Part shown: positions 1 to 13,051 of the stretch, one piece after another | How positions within the stretch are numbered: position 1 is the first letter of the stretch | Layout: each line of letters begins with the position of its first letter | Assembly (NCBI RefSeq): GCF_036365525.1 | Contig: NC_090404.1 | Span: forward strand, 12,180,550 to 12,244,549 | Direction of reading: 5' to 3' | Source of the DNA: Heterodontus francisci | Taxonomy: Eukaryota | DNA length: 64,000 bases | Notes under the pieces: model-generated | Told to the model about the DNA's origin: nothing | The model's database searches: none | Seen by the model: only the letters and a program-made list of their open reading frames with translations | Position numbers and translations under genes: made by a program

Positions 1-28
1 GACGTAGGGCTGGACCCGTACAAGAACA
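1..28 (+). other. 3' part (spacer + nonamer) of the VH 23-bp recombination signal; VH exon lies just upstream of the window
   Basis: Nonamer-like ACAAGAACA at 20-28, preceded by agggctggacccgt (recalled as horn-shark VH spacer). The ~400 bp distance to D1 matches the D1-D2 and D2-J spacing. Heptamer is outside the window. Confidence 0.6.
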
Positions 29-393
29 GATCGTGAGGGATTCGACAAATTCGGTCATAACCTGACGGTCAGTAATTGTATTAAATATATTATTAATTGC
101 TGCGGTCAGAACCAGACCGTACACAAAACAGCACAGAGAAAATTCAATGGTACAAATCGAAGACACTAACACTGAGTAATTTTGCCTGCACTCAATTTCA
201 ATGTTAACAGCATCAGTAATTGCAGACCTGGATAAGATGTTGATTTTAATGTGACTGATACCTGGAGGGAGTTACTTGGAGCTGTGTTCACTTCCTACCG
301 CGTGGTGTAAACTTTTGGATATGTTCTAAACTAGATCAGAAGTGAATTTCTGTTTGAAGTGAATGTTGACAGTACTGAACAGAGAGTGAGTGC

Positions 394-473
394 AGTATTT
401 GTGCGGGTTCGTGTCACTGTGGGTACTATGGGGATCACGGTGCTGTACAGAGCGAGTTCCTCTTACAAAATCC
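394..473 (+). other. IgH D1 segment (422-435, GGTACTATGGGGAT) with 5' 12-RSS and 3' 22-RSS
   Basis: AGTATTTGT(394-402)-12 bp-CACTGTG(415-421)-D-CACGGTG(436-442)-22 bp-ACAAAATCC(465-473). Confidence 0.95.
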
Positions 474-786
474 CCAGACACGGAGCTTGCTCAAAGCTGT
501 GATCACTACCACGGCAGGAGGGTCGTAAACAATGAGAATTAAATAAAAATAATGGATAAATATAATGCAGTTTGTGAAAATGTATGAAAGTCCATTGCTT
601 TATTAGTGTTGACTGTCATGCTAAATCAGCATAGATTCTTCAGAAGTATGTCAATCCGCTTTATAAATATAATGACCCGTACAAATTGAATTATCTCACG
701 GATGTACTCTTCGGTGAGTGGGAACCAGGTTTTTTAAGAGTGCTGTGGAATTTAATCTCTGTATTTTACAGTTAACAGTCCGCCGC

Positions 787-852
787 AGTATTTGACACGA
801 CGTGTCTCACTGTGTACTGGGTGGCACAGCAGTTACTGTCAATACAAAAAGC
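787..852 (+). other. IgH D2 segment (815-824, TACTGGGTGG) with 12/12 RSS
   Basis: AGTATTTGA(787-795)-12 bp-CACTGTG(808-814)-D-CACAGCA(825-831)-12 bp-ACAAAAAGC(844-852). Confidence 0.95.
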
Positions 853-1178
853 CCCTCAGCACTAATTGATGAACCTGGGTCACTGATCGTTTTTACAGTC
901 CAACTGTAGATGCAGCAAAAGTACTATTTGTGTCCAGCACTGTCTTACTAGCACGGTTTATTATGGATAAACTGATAATTATTCATTTGTCAGTTGGTGA
1001 TTTCAATAATTGCTGACATGTTACTGTGTGAAATATAAAACGTCAGGGAAATTTATGAAGAGTGAAAAGAATCATGAACACAGTTATAATTTTCTGAAGA
1101 ACCATCATGATTTTATTTTGCCTCTGTGGTGTGGATATTTAAAATAATGCTGGATTTCTCTCTATTCTGTGCAGAGCC

Positions 1179-1217
1179 GGTTATTGTGTGACCCAGCCCA
1201 GGGAATGTAACACTGTG
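1179..1217 (+). other. 23-RSS of JH
   Basis: GGTTATTGT(1179-1187)-23 bp-CACTGTG(1211-1217). Confidence 0.93.
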
Positions 1218-1265
1218 ACTATCTCGAGGACTGGGGTCAAGGGACCATGGTGACGGTGACTGCAG
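1218..1265 (+). CDS. IGHJ: IgH joining segment JH (YLEDWGQGTMVTVTA)
   Basis: WGxG motif, preceded by 23-RSS, followed by G|GTAAG donor at 1266. Confidence 0.96.
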
Positions 1266-1364
1266 GTAAGAAAAATGAACGTATTCAGTAACTGATTTAT
1301 TTGTGTTTTTATTTTAAATTTCTGTTTATTTTAATGAAACATTCGTTCACTGAAATGTGGATTT

Positions 1365-2299
1365 GGTGGATTCTGTCTTGATATTTGTTGCAATGTTTCA
1401 TTTGATTCTGCTGCAAAGGGATGAAAGAATTTAACGGTTTCTTCACAATCGGTTCTGTTGCGGGATTCAGCTCCAGATTGATGTGATTTGGTATTTATTT
1501 GCTGATGAGACTGTGTGTCTGGGCTACTTTAAATATCTAACTGTTGTTAAACTTTTTGACGTTTCTGCAATGTTTAATCTTGGTGACATCTAGTCACTGC
1601 AGGTTTTCCGATCTAATACAAACAATAAGTGTTTAAATATGTTTGCAATAAAATTGTATGCAGAAAACGTCAGTGGTCAAAAATAGCCTTACGATATTTT
1701 GATCTATTTTTATTTATGACAATTAAATTGTCATTTATCAATCTACTGCTCACGAATGCTCATATGTAATACATTAAATTTTGATGTAATTAAGAATGAC
1801 ATAAATAACAAATTTGCAGTTTTAGTCAGATTTACATTCATATAACCTCACTCATTATACTACGGTGATATCGGCCAATATTAATGAAATATGCTATAGT
1901 ATCAAGATTAATTTATTAAACATGCTGTCTGCGCTGAAAATTCTGCTGCCATTTTTATATATTTGCTGGTAAGTCAGACAGGCGGGTTCGGTGGATTCTG
2001 TATTGAGATTTGTTTGCAATGTTACGTTTGAGTCTGCTAAAGTTTTTGTCGAATTAAGCTGCTTCTCTATGAAACGTATTGAGGCCGGATTCAGTGATGT
2101 GATTTGGTGTTTATCTGCTGAGGAGAGTGTGTGTCTGTGTTACAAAGAAAAATTTGTGAAACTCTTTGGCATTGTTCTGCATTGTTTAATCTCGGTGACA
2201 TTGAGCGGCTTCATGTTTTCTGATCGAATGCAAACATTCTACGTGTTTAAAACTGCTTGAAAGACGATTGCAGCTGGAAAACTGGCAAGTTTCAGAAAT
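1365..2299 (+). repeat. Diverged ~320-bp direct duplication in the J-C intron (1365-1683 vs 1990-2299)
   Basis: Collinear shared blocks: ggtggattctgt, gatgtgatttgg(t/tg)ttat(t/c)tgctga, tgtgtgtctg, tgtttaatct(t/c)ggtgacat. Confidence 0.8.
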
Positions 2300-4514
2300 G
2301 AGAAAAGAAAACATTGAAAGATATTTCAAGGCATTTTTTAAATATAAGTGATAATCGCAGATTAAACTATTAAGCCATGTTTACAACGCACATTCAGTAC
2401 GTGGAATGTAACTGCAATTACAAACTGCATAAGTAGCAGGTTTGCGGATTGGAGAGTCAAGTTAATGTAATTCAAACAAATGTAATACGGCAGTATCTCC
2501 TCATTTAAACCAAATGTGCTTTAATATTAACATCGATTTATTATTCATTAATTGCCTTTCAGAATTCTGGTGTGCCATGCGCACAATAATCATGACCAGA
2601 ACATTTTATGGGCTGGAGACAATTTTTAATTATGCTTGAAATTATTTCAATCAGAGGGTACTTATTCCAATGTTCTGTTCAGTTTGATGAGCGCTTTTGA
2701 ATTATTTTTTATATTCCTGATTAAAACAGATGAATGACAGCTTTTATTTACTTATAACTTAAATAGGAGTTGTAAATTGCAGTTTGTCAATGTATTATCT
2801 CTGTCCGGTTATTAAATTTTTTGCGTGGAGCCCAAACCATGTTCTTCCTTCAGTGTCAATTGTTGTTGGATAGCGAGAAAATGATCACTAATCAAATATT
2901 AACCATTTTCGCGAGACAAGAAGTCGCTGGTAGTCAAAGAATTGTTCATATGATTTTATTTAAATTGAAGAAATTGTCGACTGCCCAAGGCGAGAGACAA
3001 ACAAATAGCACGTTGAAATTCAAGTAGATTCAATTAATTTCAAATGGTTAATGTTCGTTTTGACTTCAATAACAACAACCTCTCTTTCTAGCTGTGCTGC
3101 ACACAGGATAGAAATATAGACAAAGAACAGATTATACCCGAAAGTTACAATTCATTCTTATTAAGTATTAAATTGACCAACAAAGTCTCGGCTACATTTG
3201 CTCACTAAGTTTCAGTGCCGCAGATGATCTGAAAGAATTGTTCTCGTCCAGTTTTGCAGTGATCATTTTGAAGTTTCTTTCAATAGAAGCACCATGTATT
3301 TAATAATTAATTTACAGGAATTTTGTAAATTACTGGAGTAAAATATAAAAACATTGTGTGATTAAATAGTGGCAGCACAGTCACCGATCGGAAACTGCCT
3401 TGAGGAGAAATTATTGTTCAATTTAAATGATTGAACTGCGATTCGATTTAAGTAGAAGTAATATATTTTATGCATGTTTGAATCTATTAATATGATATTT
3501 ATTATTTAATATTGATTAAGTGTCACAATAATTTAATTAAACCCCCCATTATTTCACAAGGCACCAGGCAGAAGCAGGTCTTGAATTAATATTAACTTTA
3601 AAAAAAGTATAAAATCAGCTAACATGAATATTAACCAAGAATATAATAATAGCGCTAATTCATTAAACTTAAATGACCTCCCACAATTAAGTAGTGTACT
3701 TGCCGGGATTCCAATGAGTGCAAAATCTCAAGGGTCGGTGAGAATTCTGAATAAATTAGAGAACAATGTATTTCTTACTCAGCTGTTCAGAGCTCGATGA
3801 CGTGACGCCGCAGATTTTAATGAATTAACTTTGTGGACTGCTTCAATTTTTTTTGGTAAAATTTAATTATGCAATTGTATCAAACCGGTGCATAATCGGT
3901 TTGGAAGGTGTGTGCTTCCTGACTTGTTCAATTCTTATGCTGTCACTGAGTTCCTGTTACGGACATCAAATTCCTCCGAATGTGAATTGTTTTGATGAAC
4001 ACATTTTAAGAGGGACTACATCATATGTTTTTAAGATTGCAGACAAATAGGGAGAAACTGTTGGAAGTGGAAGGGTGTTTTTGAAATGAATACCAGTTTA
4101 CTTTCAAAGAGCTTACAGACTTGCATTGGTCGCAATTTGACAATTGATAAATTAGAATCAAACATCTTCATTGAAGTTGACAGATTCAACAGATCTATCT
4201 GCTGAGAGCCCCATTGTTACACCGTTTGTGCCTGTTCAGTTTCTGTGCACCTGCTCACTGTGTGGAGATCAGTAATCCTCCCGATTGGTTGTAAACCTTC
4301 TGGCTCGTCCTCATGTATTTCATGAGCGCAATTTGATCCATTTATTTAACAAACTTGTACCTGTGAGAAAAACGAAATTTTGGCTTTAAGTCTGATGAGG
4401 CGCCTTTGCGATGAGATCAGTATTCCAGTCTGTGACAGTCAGAAATAGCAGTTCAGTGTCATGACAGACAGAATGTAGAAGGAGAATTGGTCAATTTGTA
4501 ATCAGTAATGTCTC

Positions 4515-4905
4515 TCCCTTGGGAGCGTTTGACTGCCAATGTCGAGGAAGCTTTGCTACATATTTAATCCATGCTGTAACTGTCCTGGGATTGTTTGATG
4601 GGGACAGTGTCGAGAGAAAAAATACTCTGTATCTAAATCGGGTTGAACCTGTCCTGGATGTATTTGATGGGACAGGGTACAGGGAGCCTTATTTTATATT
4701 AAACTAGAGCTGTATCTGACCCAGAGTGATAGTGAAGTATAGAGGTGGCTTTCCATGGTAGATAACACTTGTGATGTCTGATCTTACAGGTCAGGATAGG
4801 GACGTACAGGGGGATCTTTACTCTACAATTTAACTGTCCTGTACCTGTCCCGAAGGCTTTTTCCCCGCAGTGTTCAAGGATCCTCAATCTGCATCTAACT
4901 CATGA
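4515..4905 (+). repeat. Degenerate shark minisatellite-like repeat (gtttgatgggacagtgtagagggagctttactctgtatctaac family)
   Basis: Several decayed units with gtttgatggg(g)acag and actct(g)tatcta(a)c; a reverse-strand copy lies at ~14150-14290. Confidence 0.55.
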
Positions 4906-5375
4906 GCTGTCAGTTCTCGAGCCAGACATATGAAAATAAATTGTTCCATTGCCCAGATGAAATAACACACATGAATTGATTTTAACCATTCATGCAAGCC
5001 CAATTTTTAATGAATTAAAAATATTTAAACCTGTTAAGTATCAGATAATTATTGAATGAGATTGGCCTGATCTTGAGTGTACTTTCAGAAGAAAGAGTTT
5101 CAGGAAGCAGCTGTCGTGCCCCAGTTAGCAGCACCTGTTCTGAACTGATGGGAGAATGGAAGTTCTTTTGGCACTTTAAATGGAAATAGTCGAGACTCCG
5201 GCAACAAATAACCATCATGATAAACTCATCTTTGAAATCATTATTTCGTTCAAGTATTTTCAAAAGATAACAGGCAGTGATAAACTCTGATGAGATGCAG
5301 TAATTGGACTGGGTCACAACTGAGGGTACTTCCCACTAAAGTCAGCTTGTGTGAAACTATTGAAGTGATACTTTC

Positions 5376-5686
5376 GGCACAGTGGTGCGGTGGTTAGCAC
5401 TGCAGCCTCATCGCTCCAGCGACCCGCGTTCAATTCTGCGTACTGCTTGTGTGGAGTTTGTAAGTTCTCCCAGTGTCCGCGTGGGTTTTTGCCGGGTGCT
5501 CTGGTTTCCTCCCACAGCCGAAGACTTGCAGGTTTTTTGGTAAATTGGCCATTATAAATTGCCCCTAGTCTCGGCAAGTGGTAGAAATATGGGCTTAGGG
5601 TAGGATTAATATAAATGATATTGATGTCCGGCGCAGACTTGGTGGGCCGAAGGCCCTGTTTCAGTGCTGTATCTCTGAATAATAAA
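5376..5686 (+). mobile_element. HE1-type tRNA-derived SINE
   Basis: tRNA-like head ggcacagtgg..ggttagcac..gttcaatt, body tgtgtggagtttg..ggtttcctcccaca, CR1-type tail gggccgaagg.cctgtttcagtgctgtatctct; homologous to the copies at 52045 and 54168. Confidence 0.85.
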
Positions 5687-5884
5687 TGATACAGTTAGCC
5701 TGCAGTCAATGTCAATCACGATAAGCTTTAAGTCTCTGACAGTATCTGATTGACTCAGTTGTAGTTTTTAAGATTAGTCGCTATTTTGGAGGGAGGGGGT
5801 TGTGCTGGGGATGGAGGGAGGGGGTGGAAGGGTGGGGGAAACACAGCAGTCTACTTGCAAAGAGCAAATTTCCAAAACACTGCA

Positions 5885-6615
5885 ATTAATAAATGTTGAA
5901 TGCTTTATTTTTTGAAAAGTGCTGCTGGTTTAGAAATAAATACTGACCGGAATAGCGGCGAAACTCCACCTCCAGCTCACCACCACCTCCTCAAGGACAA
6001 TTATGGACGGGCAATAAATGCTGACCTCGCCAGTGACGCCCACATCCCATGAATGAATAAAAGGCTCTTACTTTTGTAATGTTACAGGTCCTGTCAGAGA
6101 GGTGTGTTCCTCACCAGGGGAGCGGCAGGTGATGATCACCAAATGATGGAGTTGATAGAAGCTCCAATGTGGATGAAGGTTTTAATATTGGAATCAGTTT
6201 CTTGCTGGAGCCAAATTCCAACTTGTTTGGTTACTTGAGAAGCATGAATTACAGTGTCTAACTCGTTCAATTAATAAATGCAGAGTGTTTTTTTTGACAA
6301 AGTGCTCTTGGTTGAGAAATAAATACTGGCAGGAATAATGGGGAAACCCCTCTTCCATGTCAATCCAATGCAAGGTACTTTATTCAGGCGACGTCATAAG
6401 GCTCCTACTTTTGTAATGTAACAGATCCTGAAAGAGAGATGAATTCCTGACCTGGAGACCAACAGGTGATGATTCCCAATGATGGAAGTGGTAGAAGCTC
6501 AAATGCGGATGAAGATTTTAATCGGAAAATATTGGAATTAGTTTCTAGCTGGAGTCAAATTCCAAGTTGTTTGGTTACTTGATAAGCATGAATTACTGAG
6601 TCTAACTTGTTCAAT
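5885..6615 (+). repeat. Tandem duplication (~385 + ~345 bp) immediately upstream of CH1; first copy carries a LINE 3'-tail insert (~5973-6062)
   Basis: Both copies share aattaataaatg..agaaataaatactg..aggctc(t/c)tacttttgtaatgt..caggtgatgat..ttgtttggttacttga..aagcatgaattac..tctaact.gttcaat. Confidence 0.85.
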
Positions 6616-6632
6616 CTGCCATTCTTTCACAG

Positions 6633-6929
6633 CGACACCGTCTCCCCCAACCCTTTACGGCCTGTGCTCCTGTGAGCAACCCAACACCGACGGCTCCTTG
6701 GCCTACGGCTGTTTGGCAATGGACTACATCCCCCAAATCACCAGCGTTTCCTGGAAGAAAGATAATGAGCCGATCACCACTGGATTGAAGACTTACCCGT
6801 CAGTGCTGAACAAGAAGGGAACCTACACCCAGAGCAGCCAGTTAACCATCACCGAGTCAGAGGTGGGAAGCAGCAAAATCTACTGCGAGGTTCGACGTGG
6901 AGAGTCAGTCTGGATCAAGGAAATTCCAG
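6633..6929 (+). CDS. IGHM: IgM heavy-chain constant exon CH1
   Basis: ttcacAG acceptor at 6631-6632; [32 protein letters not shown]; G|GTTAG donor; C1-set Cys/Trp pattern, no stops. Confidence 0.97.
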
Positions 6930-7140
6930 GTTAGTGTTGTGGAAACTGTGAAAAATATAAAAGCTTTAATGATCTTATTTAGAGCTTTGGCTCGACCATA
7001 TTCAGAGTACCGTGCACAGTTCTGATCCCTCTAAACTCCAGCTGGTGTCTGCTTGACAGCAAAGAAGCTGTTAAAATATAAGAACAGTTTGCATTAGTTA
7101 TTAATTTCTTCTAAAAATGTCTAACGTGTTTTTCTTGAAG

Positions 7141-7458
7141 ATTGTAAAGGTGACAAGGTCCATCCAACTGTTATCCTCACCCAGAGTTCCAGTGAAGAAA
7201 TCACAAGCAGAAGATTTGCAACTGTCTTGTGTTCAATCATCGATTTCCATCCAGAGTCAATAACCGTGAGTTGGTTGAAGGATGGACAACACATGGAATC
7301 GGGCTTCGTCACATCTCCCACCTGTGGAGTGAACGGGACCTTCTCGGCGACCAGTCGGCTGACAGTCCCCGCTAGGGAATGGTTCACCAACAAGGTCTAT
7401 ACCTGCCAGGTCTCCCATCAAGGGGTCACCCAAAGCCGAAACATCACCGGATCTCAGG
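7141..7458 (+). CDS. IGHM: IgM heavy-chain constant exon CH2
   Basis: ttgaAG acceptor; [42 protein letters not shown]; G|GTAAG donor; phase 1 at both ends. Confidence 0.97.
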
Positions 7459-8849
7459 GTAAGAGACTTAAACCAAAGAAGCTCCAGATCATTCTGTGCT
7501 CTGTTGTTAATCAAATAAAGGAATTTATAGGAACTCGTACAAAACACAGAATATTTTCTAATTTCCCATCATGCAGTTTGTATATTTCTTTCCGCTGTGA
7601 GTGCTGAATTAGGATTGCTCACGGTTCAACATGTCATCACATCACATCAATAGTCCCCTCTGCCTAGATGCCATATAGTGAGTGAGGTGACCTTGATATC
7701 AGGTTTATTCTGAGCGGCATTAAGTAATGAGGACAGGTTTATCAGACCTAACTGGTATTGCTTTCAGTATTAAAGATGAAAAGGGAATCTAACTGAGGTG
7801 TTTTAGTTGTTTATTGGAATTGATGGAGTCGATGGAGAAAAACATTTCTTCGGGTGTGGGACTCCAGAACAAGTGGGTACAACCTACAAATTTGACCAAG
7901 ATCATATAGGGATGATATCAGGAAGGAGCTATTCACACAATGGGTAGCGCAAACCTAGAATTATCTCCCTCAACTCACTCTTGAAGTCTGGCATCAATTG
8001 AAACATTTAGTGTTGATATTGATAGATTGAAATTAGGCAAGGGAATAAGGGTAGACGGTGTTAAGATACAGATCAGCCATTGTCTAACTGAATGGTGGAA
8101 CAGGCTCGAGGGGATGAATGGACTACTCTTTTTCTTCTGTTTTTATGATTGTCCTCTGGTCAGATCGCCCTCTGACTCCAGTCGGACATATGAGGAGTTC
8201 TCACTAATGACAGATAGTTGCAAAGTGCCTCAGACCGTTATTGCAATTTATTCTCCACATCAAAAAGACTCCTGAGAATATTTTCACCACCTTTCACCCC
8301 TCCTGCGATTGGTTCCAACATATTCTCAACTCCTCAACTATCGTGACAAGGCGCCAGAAAATTAACTTTTTTTTCCTGTTGGGCCAAAATTTCGGAATTT
8401 CGTTTGACACTCGTTTTGAGCCAGTGTGAATTACATGTCTAGCTTGTGTCCATGGGAGATAGAGCCATTATATTCAGCGGAGATACGAACATACTAATTA
8501 GGAGCAGGATTTGGTCACTCGGCCTCTCGAGCCGGCTCTGCCAGAGATTTCAGGAAGAACGTTATTCAGTGCGTAACACAAATTCTCCCACAATTATTCG
8601 TTTTTTACACCGCGTACTTGCTTCAAAGTCCATTACAGGCTTCTTAGGGTGCAAGTACACAGTATATGTTATAGGATCTCCAGGAAGCTCTTTCAGGTTG
8701 TTGTCCTTCCAATAAACTATAATATTTTGAGCAACAGCTGGAGGTTGATGTCTCGAAATTGATTTAATCTCCTAGAGACAGTGAAGGCTGAAAACTGGTG
8801 CCTGATTTTGAAGATGAATCTTTGTTTGACTTTCATTTCTGTTTTACAG

Positions 8850-9158
8850 TTCCTTGCTCCTGCAATGATCCAGTAATTAAACCACTGCCACCATCAATAG
8901 AACAGGTCTTACTGGAGGCGACGGTGACCTTAACTTGCGTCGTGTCTAATGCGCCTTATGGAGTCAATGTGTCCTGGACCCAAGAACAGAAGTCTTTGAA
9001 ATCAGAGATTGCCGTCCAACCCGGAGAGGATGCAGACAGCGTGATCAGCACCGTAAACATCTCGACGCAAGCCTGGCTGAGTGGGGCTGAGTTCTACTGC
9101 GTGGTGAGTCATCAGGATCTGCCGACTCCTCTCAGAGCATCCATCCAAAAGGAAGAAG
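8850..9158 (+). CDS. IGHM: IgM heavy-chain constant exon CH3
   Basis: ttacAG acceptor; [45 protein letters not shown]; G|GTGAG donor. Confidence 0.97.
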
Positions 9159-9659
9159 GTGAGCGGTGAGATTGAAGCAATAAGTGAGAGGTTGTGATCA
9201 TTTCTTGCGTTTGTGCAAGGCCCAATTCGTCCTATTAAGTGCTCACATGGATTATTCTGATAGTTTAAGTGTAATTCCACTGAAATAATACCCTCTGGAA
9301 CCATAGGTAATGCATTTAAGGGGAAGCGAGATAAGTAGATGAGGGAGAAAGGAATAGAAGGAGATGAAGTAAGGCGGGAGGAGGTTTGTGTGCAGAGTAA
9401 GCAACAACACAGACTAGTTGGGCCGAATGACCAGTTTCTCTGCTGTAAATTCTATGTAATGTTCCAGTCTAATCCTTTAAATTCTCAGAGAGAAGGATTG
9501 CATCCACCTCTGCTCCTGGCTGGAAAACAGGACAGAGCCCAGAGGGGAAAAGGAAACCTTTAAAATTCAGCGCAAAGCACATTCCTCTAACATGTAACCA
9601 CCGGTTTTATTGTCTCTGGAATTCTCCAGTTTATTGACATTATTTTAATTTTTCTGTAG

Positions 9660-10051
9660 TTAAAGATCTGCGAGAACCGTCCGTGTCTATCCTCCTGTCC
9701 CCGGCAGAAGATGTCTCCGCTCAGAGGTTCCTCTCCCTCACCTGCTTAGTGAGAGGTTTCTTCCCACGAGAGATCTTCGTCAAGTGGACCGTCAATGACA
9801 AGTCGGTGAATCCTGGCAACTACAAGAACACCGAGGTGATGGCAGAGAACGACAATAGCTCCTACTTCATCTACAGCCTGTTATCCATTGCAGCGGAGGA
9901 GTGGGCCAGCGGCGCTTCTTACTCCTGTGTGGTGGGACATGAAGCGATCCCCTTGAAGATCATCAACAGAACAGTTAATAAATCGAGCGGTAAACCCAGT
10001 TTTGTGAACATTTCCCTTGCACTGTTGGACACTGTCAATTCATGTCAATGA
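9660..10051 (+). CDS. IGHM: IgM constant exon CH4 plus secretory tailpiece (internal donor after 9989 for the membrane form)
   Basis: ctgtAG acceptor; [41 protein letters not shown]|[19 protein letters not shown]; tailpiece has an N-glycan site and penultimate Cys; G|GTAAA donor at 9989/9990. Confidence 0.97.
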
Positions 10052-10079
10052 GAATCTCTCGATTGCATTTCAATTCTTA

Positions 10080-10095
10080 AATAAAAACCAATAAA
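10080..10095 (+). terminator. Polyadenylation signals of the secretory mu transcript
   Basis: Two AATAAA (10080-10085, 10090-10095) 30-45 bp after the stop codon. Confidence 0.8.
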
Positions 10096-11179
10096 GACCT
10101 TTTCTTCCAATCGCGATTTAAATACACAGCCACTCAATTAATTTTGCTTCCCACATTTGCGAAGGGTAGATCTGTTCATCTCAAGTAGAATATTTGAATA
10201 ACTCGTGCCCAAGTCTGTAGAATGGTACTCCAAGCTCAGATACACCACAGCTAAGCAACAAAGGAAGCGAATTCATTACAGGATTCTGCAGAGTAACTTC
10301 AGCACCTTTCCCCCTCTGGGAGAGGTCCGAAATTTTCCCTTTCCTAACAAAGAAACGAGGTGAATTTTGATTTTGGTGTTCCTGCTCCTCGTGTTGTCCA
10401 TCCTTTCAGATTTGGGGCCAGTTTTAATTTGCAGTATTGGAAGGACTGATCAGCCAAGGGGCCTGTTTCTGTGCTGTCTAACTTTGTGACTCCATGAATT
10501 GAGGGCGACACACGATTACCAACAATGCCCAAAATCCCCCAACAGGAAGAGGGAAAAGGACAATTTATTAACTCACTGTAACCCCACTTCCTGAACTGAG
10601 AAAGGGAAGGTGTAATTGTTAATCCACTGTAACTCCACTTCTCCAATAGAGAGAGGGCAGAGGGAGATGTGAACCGATTGCAGCCCTCACTCAATTCCTC
10701 CATAGATAAACGATCAAGGACATTTGTTAACCCACTATGCTCCCACTCCTCCGGCAGAGAGCTTGGAAGGCAACCGCTCTCTATTATATGGTCTCAGTTG
10801 TCATCAGTTCAAAGTCAGCTTCTAGCTGACTGTGCGAGCATTTTAAACTTTCTACACGGAAACCATCTTGTAAAACATATGTGTATGCAACATAATATCT
10901 TTAAACCTTTCCCTGTTAATCTTATTGAAACAAATTGAATTCTAACAGTCCAAATCTAACCGGTGATATAATCCTCCTCTGTTTTTTCATACTTGTGCTC
11001 CTGATGTTTATGAGGCCCATCAGTTGCATTGCTGCATGCATACAGATGACGTCATATTGCATCTCTCACAAAATACATTTACACATAGAATAGTGAAGAA
11101 TGTTCTCGACAATGCACACTGTCAAGGCCAGACCTGGTTATTGGTTCTCTGTGAAACTTTGAAGAATAATAAATATGCA

Positions 11180-12500
11180 CAGGCATACGGACAAAAACAC
11201 ACACACAAACACACTCATATACGCCTCCACACTGAAACAGGCCCAAATGCTGATATATATTCTTCCACAATCACACACACAAACATAAACATAACCATGC
11301 ACCGTAGTACAGTCTCACGTACACAGAAACATAGACATTCACCGTTAACACATATACATGAGCTTTCTTATGAGCACATTAGCAAACTGGTAAGCATGCA
11401 CCCAAACATGTCGATAGATAGACACATTAACACACAGATAAACACCAGCATTAATACACTGACACACTCACTCACACACAAATAAACACCAACATTAATA
11501 TAAATAAATGCAAAATACTGTAGATGCTGGAAATCAGAAAGAAAAACAAGAAATGCTGGAAACACTGGGCAGGTCTGGCAGCATCTGTGGAGAGAGAAGC
11601 AGAGTTATCATTTCAGAACAGTGACCCTTCATCAAAACTAGCAAATATGAGAAATGTAAAAGATTTTAAACAAGTAAAGTGGGGGTGGGGCAAGGATAAC
11701 AAAAGAAATGGTGTGGATAGGACAAAGTCACTAAGAATAACTGACCATAAGGCCACAGTTTGCCTTTGATCCTTTTACATTTTAAACCTTTTGTATTTCT
11801 AATATTTGTCAGTTCTGATGAAGGGTAACTGACCAAGCTTAATGTACTTACACCCTCACTATAAGCATCAACAGCAACTTAAGATACTGACACACTCACT
11901 GACACAGAAATAAACACCAACTTTAATATACTGACACACACATGGATAAACAAACATGCACATAAACACATACATTCGCACACATGTACAAATAATCATA
12001 CATGAAGACACGCATTAATGCATAAATGTAAACATTAACACACACAAACACATTAACACACCCAGATAGACACATTGACACATAAATACGCATTAACTTA
12101 CAGGGACACATAAAGATCCATCAACACAGAAACACAGGTTAACAAACTCACACTTAAATAAATATTAACACACTCACACAAAACAGGGACAGATAGGCAC
12201 AACACACACACACACACATCCAAGCGCACACACAGCCGCATACACACATGCGGTCACTTGAATACACATATCTATGCACATTGGCACAGCCATCAACATT
12301 TAAACAAGAACACTAATACACTCGCACTTGAGTATATAAACGAACAAATAAACACATTCATTAACACTCACACGCAAGCACACATGGATACACACACACA
12401 GAGTAATGCAAAGCAAGAGATACTGATACACACACACAGAAGCAATAAAGCGCACAGACAAAAACACTAGACTACAGACGAAAGCAGAATTCAAATGCAC
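11180..12500. repeat. CA/ACAC-rich low-complexity tract with an embedded Penelope pLTR remnant (~11500-11835)
   Basis: Degenerate (CA)n; insert gcaaaatactg..gatgctggaaatc..gcaggtctggcagcatctgtggagagagaagcagagtt is the reverse complement of the pLTR at 18470-18601. Confidence 0.75.
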
Positions 12501-13051
12501 TATTTGAACAGACAACGTCCCCAACAATTTCCTTGATACATGTTGGACTTCCAATCCCAATGAAGCAATGTTCTCAGTTAGAAACTGCGATCAATTAATG
12601 ATTTACTAACCACACTCATCACAAATAAACAAACAAGATTGGAACTCACATCCGATCTCTTACCCAGCACCATTGACAATCTCCAAACAAGTAGTTATCT
12701 GAATCTATCTTCACAATAATTGTTATCGATCAGTAAACCTCCCTCGGTATCTCACCATAATTGCTAAGGATAGAACGAAATTGATCCAAAATAAAAGCGC
12801 CTGACACTGAAGGAAAAACTGACATCTTTTCCAATATGACTTGGACGAGGATCATAAATGAAGAACGACTGTGGAGTTACTAACAGAGATTGATTGCTGA
12901 ATGTGATTAATCTAACAACAGATATAGATTTAAAATTAAATTCGGGAGCAAAATCATGGGTTAAGGAAGAGAAATGCGAATGCAAACTAACAATCTTATA
13001 TCCTGCTTTAATAAACAATCTAAATATATTTTCTCGTCTACATCCCTGTAG

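Noticed and set aside
1266-6632. Class-switch (S) region in the J-C intron
   Set aside because: No G-rich or AGCT-dense tandem array is visible; sharks lack canonical S regions.
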